The position numbers and the translations under genes were made by a program. From an uncultured Eubacteriales bacterium (lineage in GTDB: Bacteria > Bacillota > Clostridia > Oscillospirales > CAG-272): a DNA stretch of 64,000 nucleotides. The stretch is taken from positions 3,240 through 67,239 of the forward strand of contig CAJKPX010000007.1 in assembly GCA_905201895.1 (NCBI GenBank), given 5' to 3'. Of the stretch, positions 58,401 through 64,000 are shown piece by piece; the first letter of the stretch is position 1, and every line of letters begins with the position of its first letter. Under the pieces are notes generated by a model, which saw nothing but the letters and a program-made list of their open reading frames with translations, was not told the origin of the DNA and searched no databases.

Positions 58401-61400
58401 AGATCACCGAGGCCGAATCCAATGATTACGTCTACGTCTCCGCGGCAGCCCCTGCTCCCGGCAAGGTCTTTGCCAAATGGCTCGTCAAGAAGGGCGACAT
58501 CTCCATTGATACCACGAGCAACCAAGCCTCCTTCCGGATTTACGATGAGGAGGTCGAGCTGGAGGCGGTCTACGCCACCGTGCTGACCGAGGTCACGCTC
58601 ACGGTTCCGAAGCCTGCGGTCGGAGATCTTGCAACCATTGAGATCACCTCTGCCGATCCCTCCAAATACACCGCCTCGCTCATCGAGTTCTATCTGTATT
58701 ACGGCGGTCAAACGCTCCTGCCCACCGATCCGTTCTCGTATGGAGAAACCTGCGTGATGAAGTTTGAGATCCTTCCCGCAGAGGGCTATGCGGTAACGGA
58801 GGACACCGTTGTAACGGTGAACGACGACGAAACCCATGCTTACGGCGGATACACCCTGCAGCGTTGGACATTCCAGCTTCCCAAATCCATCACCGTCACG
58901 GGCGGAACCGCCTACGCAAACTCCGAGCGAACTGAGGAGATCGGAGAGCTTTACAACGCACAAAGCATCTATCTGAAGGCCGATCCCGCTCCCGAGGGCA
59001 AGAAATTCATGATGTGGAGGATCAACGAGGACGGAAACGTTTTCTACCTGCACGCCGATCAAACAAGCACTTGGATTTCGGGCAAGGTGGTTACCGTCGA
59101 GTCGGTCTATGCCATTCCGATCGAGAAGATCGAGCTCACCATGCCGCCCATAACGATTGGCAGCACTCCCATCACCACCATCACCGACGAGAGTGACCTC
59201 TATGACGCGGAGGTTGAGGGCTGGTACTACTATGACGAGGAAAGCACACGTCAGGAAATGCTTCCCACCGATACCTATCAGGCAAACATCATATACTACT
59301 GCAACTTCCGTATTCTGCCCATTGAGGGATATCAGGTTCAATACAGCGGCACGACGCATCTGCTGAACGGAAAGCAGTTCAACACAAGCGGCTATGTCAG
59401 TGGCACGAATATCGTGGGTGGACGGCAGAGCTTTATGACTCTGGTACGCGTCACGATCAACGTCACGGGCGGTAAGCTCTATCTTGGCGGTGAGGAAACT
59501 AACGAAACGCAATTCCTCCCCGGAACGGTCCTGACGCTGGTGGCAGACGAGAGTCTTTTCCCCGAGGGACAGGTCTTCTACAACTGGTATAACTCCACCT
59601 CCAATTCTTCCTTGATCGGCTCTCCCGACACCAGACTCCCCAGCCTGACCTTTACGGTTGGTACGCCCTGGGCACTTGATCAGAGCGTCACGCTTGAGGC
59701 ACGGTATCAGACGTTGACGAAGATCAACTACGGGCCGTACACCCAGGTACCGCACCCCACGGTTGGCGGCACCCCCTCCTACGATACCGACGTGCCGTCC
59801 TACCAAAACTATTACGGTGAAGTGCTGGGCTGGTATGAGGGTGAGACGCTGCTTGAGCCCACTCACGTGTTCGAGGAGGGCAAGGTCTACACCGTGAAGC
59901 TTCGTCTGACTCCCGCGGCAGGCTACCGTTTCCGCGACGCAGAGTATTACGATACCTATGAGCCTTATAATAGCTTCAACGGAACCCACGTAGACGGAAT
60001 TCTCCTTGAGTGTGATGAGGACGGTGCGTACATCGTCTTCACGGCATCGGTTCAAGCGAGACACCGTGAGGACAGCGCGTCTGTCACCGTGACCGCTCCC
60101 GTTGCGGGTAAGGCACCCGACAAAACGGTGACCAAGAGCGCCGACACCTACTGCGACGTCGATTTTAAGATCTGGGAGGTTTACGATGAGGAAGCCGAAA
60201 AGTATCGCGAGATGCTGGATGGCGAGCTCTTTGAGGTCGGCAAGACCTACCGCATCTCGGTTAATTTTACCACCAACGAAACGCACTACATTGATTTGCA
60301 TGATCTGGAGGTGCTCATCAACGGCACCGAGCCCTCATATAGGGGCGGCGGAACTGCCGCCGGCGGATATTCCACCTGCGGTTATTACCTGCAGTATACC
60401 GTGGAGGCAGGCGAGTCCTACGATATCACGGTGGACGGCGGCTCGGCATCTGTCGAGGAAACACCCGTAACCGAGGTTGGCGGCGGCATTACGGTGACGA
60501 TTACCGCGAACGCCCCCGAGGCAGGCAAGGTATTCAAGGAATGGCAGATCATCAGCGGCGAAAACGTATTTCTCGCGGATGCAACCGCAAGCACAACCAC
60601 CTTCGTGATGCCCGCAGGCAACGTCAGCATCAAAGCGGTCTACCGCAACACTCCGCACGCTATCACCGTCGAGGGCGGTGAGGCAAGCCTTGACGAGGCG
60701 GGCAGTGGCGAAACAATCACCGTCATGGCAGATGATGCCCCCGACGGCAAGTATTTCGCGGGTTGGGAATGCATCAGCGGCGGCGTGACCTTTGCAGATG
60801 CAACCCAAAAGACCACCACCTTTGTGATGACGGGCGAGGCAGTAGAGGTCCGCGTCATTTGGGCAGATAAAATTTACCTGGAGGAGCTGACCCTCACGGT
60901 CAACAAGCCTGCAAACGGCGCGCTTCCCTCCGAGGAGATCACCTCGTCCGATCCTGCCAAGTATACGGCAACGCTTGATTATTGGTGGGATAACCTCAAC
61001 AATCGAGAGATGGGCGCGGAGGATCGCTTCGCTTACGGTGTGAAGTACGGACTCGTCTTCCACCTTACGCTCGACGAAAAATACTATATCAATAGCAGCA
61101 CCGTGGTGACAGTGAACGGTGAAACGTCGGGGTATTATTCCTCCAATCCTCCCTATCTGCATCGGTACGTAGATCTCCATGTTCCCGTTCCCATTACCGT
61201 GGAGGGCGGCGCGGCAACCAATTCGTCGGACGTTACGATCACCGAACAGAAATATGGCAACATCGTGTATCTGGTGGTGGGCGACATCCCCGAGGGCAAG
61301 TCCTTCCTCCGTTGGGAGGTCGTCAGCGGCGGCGTTAGCATCAGCAACGTCAACCAAGCCAACGGCGCGTATTTCTACATGTACACCAGAGAGCCCGTTG

Positions 61401-63643
61401 TGATCCGCGCGATATTCCAGGACGTTCTTTATAACGTCACCGTCACAGGCGGCACGGCATCTCACACAACTGCCGCCGAAGGAACAACGGTCACTCTGAC
61501 GGCGGGAGAGGCTCCTGCGGATCATATCTTTGACAAGTGGGTCATCACAAGCGGATCGGTCACCTTTTCCGATGCCAACGCCGCCATCACCACCTTTACC
61601 ATGCCCGCTGAGGCGGTAGCGGTCAAGGCGACCTATAAGGAAGTGGAAAAGATCCTTGTAACCGAGGTCAACGTCACCCTTGACGTTCCCGTGATTGGAG
61701 AGAAGCCCGACTTTACGGCTACCCTTCCCAATTCCGCCAATTACAGCGTATCGGTCACGTGGGGGACCAGTGCCAACGGTTGGACGGCAATGACGGAGGA
61801 TTCGGTATTTGAAAACGGCTTCTTCTATGAGGTCTGTATCACGGTCACGCCCTCCGAGGGCTACAAGGTGGATTCAACCACCGTTATAAAGCTGAACGGA
61901 ACCGAAATCCTCGGCTCGGACAACACCCGATACTACGGCTTCGCCTTCTGGAAAACGGTGGACGGTCCCGAGATCCCCGAGGATGCCGAGGAGATCACCG
62001 ATCAGAATGCCACACCCTATTCCTACGAAGGAAACACCGCCACCTACGATGCCGTCAACGGTTGGACGTCCGTGATTGACGTGGATGACTATTACTCGGC
62101 AGTCAACCTTGTGCTGAAGGCGGGAGACGTGGTGTACTATCAATTCTCGGGAGAGCCCTCGAGCAATGTCTATCTGTATGACTTTACAAGCGAAAAATGC
62201 ACCGACCATTATGTGGAGGGATATGAGGCGGTCTCCTCTCTCACGGGTGCCTTGGTCGCACCGGTAGATGGCACCTACACCTTTGAGTATTGGGCGTATC
62301 GCTCCATTCCCGTCAAGCTCTACGTGGTGAGAGCGGCTACGGGCGGCGTAACGGTACCGAACGGCGCCGAGGAGATCACCGATCAGAACGCCTCTGCCGC
62401 AACCAAAAACGAAAACACCGCCACCTACGATGTCACCAACGGTTGGACCGGCATTGACACCGGCTCCTACTACGATCTCTTTACCCTTGATCTGGAGGCA
62501 GGCGACACGCTTTACTACAGTATCAATGGCAGCACGCCGGCCATGCGTCTGTATGATGGCAACGGCATCTATCAATATTACTCATCGGATACCGTTCTGC
62601 CGAGTGTCGGACACATCGTGGTGCAGATCGACGGAACCTATACCTTTAGCGTCGACGATGAAAGCTTGACCACCGTCAAGGTGTACGTAGTGCGCGCAAG
62701 CGGCGAGGTACATACCCACGAAAACGGACAAAAGGTCAGCGGTCAGGCGGCAAGCTGTACCGCGGACGGTTGGAAGGACTATTACCAATGCTCTTGCGGT
62801 AAATTCTACACCGATGCAAATTGCATGACGGAGATCACCGACCTCGTAGCATGGAAAGCGGGCGACGGTAAGATCGCAGGCGGTCACAGCTACGGCACGC
62901 TGATCGCGGCAACTGAAGCGAACTGCACCGAAACGGGAATGGCGGCGCACTATGAGTGCTCGGTTTGTCACAAGCTCTTTGACGAACAAAAGACTGAAAA
63001 AACCGCACAGCAGCTCACGGTTGAAACCAATAACAGTCACAGCTACGGCGCTTGGGCGTCGAACGGCGACGGCACGCACAGCCGCCTCTGCTCGCGCAAC
63101 AACGCACACAAGGAAACGCTCAACTGCTCGGGCGGTAGCGCAACCTGCACCGCAAAGGCGGTCTGCACGACCTGCAACGTCGCTTACGGCAATTTCGCAC
63201 CGCATAGCTTCGGCGATTGGTTGCGTGACGAGAATAACCACTGGAAAACATGCGCCTGCGGTGAAAAGAGCGGAAACGCTGCTCATGATTTCGGCTCCGA
63301 TCTCGTCTGCGATACCTGCGGATACGAGAAACCGAGTTCCGACGAAACCACAGGTCCCGATGAAACCACAGGTCCCGATGAAACCACGGGTCCCGATGAA
63401 ACCACAGGTTCCGACGAAACCACGGGTCCCGATGAAACCACAGGCGACACTCCCAACGGTCAGTCCTCCACGGGCATGCCTGTTGGTGCCGTGGTTGGCA
63501 TTGTAGTCGGATCGGCAACGGTTGCAGCTACGGGTGGCTTCGCTCTCTGGTGGTTCGCACTCAACAAGCGATCGGCGGCAGAGCTCGGTGCGGCATGCAA
63601 GCGCATCGTGGATGCTCTGAAGCAAAAATTACTGAAAAAATAA
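55409..63643 (+). CDS. Giant (~2744 aa) repeat-rich cell-surface protein with signal peptide and C-terminal TM anchor
   Basis: Start at MKKTGKALQMMLAVLLCTALAIGLLAFTASA, preceded by AAAGGAGC. Dozens of ~75-aa VTV.GG.A...G..V...A....G..F..W modules (Listeria-Bacteroides/InlB-B-type repeat pattern). Cys-rich C-terminal modules, (P/S)DETTG x6, and a final TM helix followed by a basic tail. Confidence 0.8.
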   Translation: MKKTGKALQMMLAVLLCTALAIGLLAFTASAGTTVSSVTVDGKTLNAATPYLVDIGSGYAVDDGETLLATYKAVAHFDVAGGILTLTDYNGGAISTSATGDLTVKLVGENNISHQAVGIDMPEGGNLTITADSAATLHIQNQLAIDHEYEPPHYVGISNNFEGSYAPAGKSGDSVTIMGAASVSIESTKTYTSGGAYGIGAYGMISVLGNASLTIEANHVYSNIAAGVYSLDSTIVINTTGDVSITACGKPGYERGENIFRASSMQLGAVGNMTLDWTYPEFYKECEIEYSGDLTDGNYKIGTLPDDMTSKTYAYKFPVTVTGGVAKVDGVEVTSASKGEIVTVEADAPEAGMTFMQWGTTVGEVTFADATESTTTFTMTGGAVELESTYEPLYGITVNHGTANVSTAPAGTIVTITADEPELGYQFAGWTVTAGGVTPTDAAAMTTSFLVEYSNVAITATYAPINYSVTVTDGTATIDESPITEATIEDTVTVTANDPATGYVFREWQISMGSCTIADATAATTTFSDLSSNVIIVATYEKATFTVSTEYATATKDGDPVTSAQIGDVFTITAEERAGATFNGWSVNGGSVAGVDSTTTFTADGTGDIVITALYSYTDYKVSIEDGKGYVNHIDNEITDANVGEGIYISADSPASGYAFIRWEIVSGAVTLEDPTSDVTSFTMTAGDVVLRAVYAEIVELDRLDFTMAAPTVGAHPSFALTSAEPTKYGVDTVRIYLYEGLFPDLTDEDVYLLGKGYELELRFELENGYELADDAKFYVNGVEMTNNGTYTKRYYFEFPVPITVTGGNAYADGDRTEQITVGRNQWVYLRADEAPEGKVFKYWKVLSGNVTISQPTNEETYFQIEEDGVEIVAVFATPLDEMSFTVPDFVRGENVNLTVNSAEPEKYWAENVVIVVYSVNIPLTPSDKYLPLTEYKISFDVVTADGSILTSETVKTLNGKTLYGNYYESSHWGYLTTRGAVTVTGGTAYADSERTEEITEAESNDYVYVSAAAPAPGKVFAKWLVKKGDISIDTTSNQASFRIYDEEVELEAVYATVLTEVTLTVPKPAVGDLATIEITSADPSKYTASLIEFYLYYGGQTLLPTDPFSYGETCVMKFEILPAEGYAVTEDTVVTVNDDETHAYGGYTLQRWTFQLPKSITVTGGTAYANSERTEEIGELYNAQSIYLKADPAPEGKKFMMWRINEDGNVFYLHADQTSTWISGKVVTVESVYAIPIEKIELTMPPITIGSTPITTITDESDLYDAEVEGWYYYDEESTRQEMLPTDTYQANIIYYCNFRILPIEGYQVQYSGTTHLLNGKQFNTSGYVSGTNIVGGRQSFMTLVRVTINVTGGKLYLGGEETNETQFLPGTVLTLVADESLFPEGQVFYNWYNSTSNSSLIGSPDTRLPSLTFTVGTPWALDQSVTLEARYQTLTKINYGPYTQVPHPTVGGTPSYDTDVPSYQNYYGEVLGWYEGETLLEPTHVFEEGKVYTVKLRLTPAAGYRFRDAEYYDTYEPYNSFNGTHVDGILLECDEDGAYIVFTASVQARHREDSASVTVTAPVAGKAPDKTVTKSADTYCDVDFKIWEVYDEEAEKYREMLDGELFEVGKTYRISVNFTTNETHYIDLHDLEVLINGTEPSYRGGGTAAGGYSTCGYYLQYTVEAGESYDITVDGGSASVEETPVTEVGGGITVTITANAPEAGKVFKEWQIISGENVFLADATASTTTFVMPAGNVSIKAVYRNTPHAITVEGGEASLDEAGSGETITVMADDAPDGKYFAGWECISGGVTFADATQKTTTFVMTGEAVEVRVIWADKIYLEELTLTVNKPANGALPSEEITSSDPAKYTATLDYWWDNLNNREMGAEDRFAYGVKYGLVFHLTLDEKYYINSSTVVTVNGETSGYYSSNPPYLHRYVDLHVPVPITVEGGAATNSSDVTITEQKYGNIVYLVVGDIPEGKSFLRWEVVSGGVSISNVNQANGAYFYMYTREPVVIRAIFQDVLYNVTVTGGTASHTTAAEGTTVTLTAGEAPADHIFDKWVITSGSVTFSDANAAITTFTMPAEAVAVKATYKEVEKILVTEVNVTLDVPVIGEKPDFTATLPNSANYSVSVTWGTSANGWTAMTEDSVFENGFFYEVCITVTPSEGYKVDSTTVIKLNGTEILGSDNTRYYGFAFWKTVDGPEIPEDAEEITDQNATPYSYEGNTATYDAVNGWTSVIDVDDYYSAVNLVLKAGDVVYYQFSGEPSSNVYLYDFTSEKCTDHYVEGYEAVSSLTGALVAPVDGTYTFEYWAYRSIPVKLYVVRAATGGVTVPNGAEEITDQNASAATKNENTATYDVTNGWTGIDTGSYYDLFTLDLEAGDTLYYSINGSTPAMRLYDGNGIYQYYSSDTVLPSVGHIVVQIDGTYTFSVDDESLTTVKVYVVRASGEVHTHENGQKVSGQAASCTADGWKDYYQCSCGKFYTDANCMTEITDLVAWKAGDGKIAGGHSYGTLIAATEANCTETGMAAHYECSVCHKLFDEQKTEKTAQQLTVETNNSHSYGAWASNGDGTHSRLCSRNNAHKETLNCSGGSATCTAKAVCTTCNVAYGNFAPHSFGDWLRDENNHWKTCACGEKSGNAAHDFGSDLVCDTCGYEKPSSDETTGPDETTGPDETTGPDETTGSDETTGPDETTGDTPNGQSSTGMPVGAVVGIVVGSATVAATGGFALWWFALNKRSAAELGAACKRIVDALKQKLLKK
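63338..63445 (+). repeat. 18-nt tandem repeat x6 (coding)
   Basis: (T/C)CCGA(C/T)GAAACCAC(A/G)GGT repeated six times, encoding (S/P)DETTG. Confidence 0.9.
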
Positions 63644-63717
63644 GCAATTCGCCCTTCGGGGTAAGGTTGCGGGGGGCTGTCTCAAGCTTGAGACAGCCCC
63701 TCTTAAAAAACGAACGA

Positions 63718-63750
63718 CGGGGGCTCGGTGCATTGAGTCCCCTTTTTTTA
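63718..63750 (+). terminator. Rho-independent terminator after the surface-protein gene
   Basis: GGGGGCTC-GGTGCATT-GAGTCCCC followed by TTTTTTT. A second palindrome (GGGCTGTCTCAAGCTTGAGACAGCCC) lies at 63674-63699. Confidence 0.6.
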
Positions 63751-63760
63751 TCCTCCCCCC

Positions 63761-63789
63761 TTGATTTGCGCGCACTTTTATGATATAAT
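63761..63789 (+). promoter_or_regulatory. Sigma-70-type promoter
   Basis: TTGATT (63761-63766), 17 nt, TATAAT (63784-63789). Confidence 0.55.
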
Positions 63790-63837
63790 GAAAAAAATGA
63801 ACGGAACATCAGGATTTCAAATGAGGGAGGTGAGGAT

Positions 63838-64000
63838 ATGACGCTCGGATATGGAATTACGTTTGGACTTGCAATCGGACTTTTGCTGCTGTATCTGCTG
63901 GTGGTCAAAAACAAGGAGCTCTGGCTCACGATGCTCTACGTTTGCGTCACGGTGGTCAACCTCGGCTATCTGCTCCTCTCCATGTCCAAAGACCTCGCGT
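63838..64000 (+). CDS. Integral membrane protein, 5' fragment (runs off the window)
   Basis: ATG preceded by GAGGGAGGTGAGGAT. MTLGYGITFGLAIGLLLLYLLVV...TMLYVCVTVVNLGYLLL gives two TM helices. Confidence 0.55.
   Translation, partial: MTLGYGITFGLAIGLLLLYLLVVKNKELWLTMLYVCVTVVNLGYLLLSMSKDLA

Noticed and set aside
55430-60301. 1623-aa ORF antisense to the giant surface-protein gene. Similar antisense ORFs lie at 60335-61525 and 62582-63625.
   Set aside because: - It lies entirely opposite a gene with a signal peptide, an RBS and a coherent domain-repeat structure.
- Its translation is low-complexity and R/G/V-rich with no start context.
- Long stop-free antisense frames are expected in GC-rich, codon-biased repeat genes.

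Overview
This window looks like a Clostridia-type (Firmicutes) chromosome: GGAGG ribosome-binding sites and a ylmE-sepF-ylmG-ylmH division-cluster order. It carries a ~44.9 kb prophage inserted in the 3' end of a tRNA-Ser(GCT) gene.

- **Left host flank (1-9236):** sdaA, araB, ylmH, yggT, sepF, yggS, a HlyD-like protein, miaA, a solo DinJ/RelB-like antitoxin, a MazF/EndoA toxin with a long low-complexity tail, and the tRNA with a consensus promoter.
- **Prophage boundaries (9214-54158):** a perfect 27-bp direct repeat (tRNA 3' end / attR), with a tyrosine integrase at the right end.
- **Prophage late genes (minus strand):** terS, terL, portal, then two giant proteins of 1245 aa and 2883 aa, then scaffold, decoration-like protein, HK97-type capsid and tail/fibre-like proteins. 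I see no recognisable tail tube, tape measure or endolysin. The operon ends in a cluster of membrane proteins and a separately terminated 3-gene cassette next to attL.
- **Prophage early genes:** cro-like, Xis-like HTH, Gp157-like, Sak4-like ATPase, SSB-like, DUF1064, replisome organiser, a frame-broken PAPS-reductase-like gene, an AP2-domain protein, a run of tiny Cys-rich genes joined by a repeated junction, a small DPPH methyltransferase coupled to a radical SAM enzyme, dUTPase, and a late-regulator candidate.
- **Plus-strand prophage islands:** a 5-ORF moron cassette with a consensus promoter (37.5-38.8 kb) and the CI / second-repressor / integrase module (50.6-54.0 kb).
- **Right of attR:** further degenerate att-like scars, an HExxH protein, and a ~2744-aa repeat-rich surface protein.

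No rRNA or CRISPR was seen. All functional calls rest on motif recognition by eye, not on database searches.
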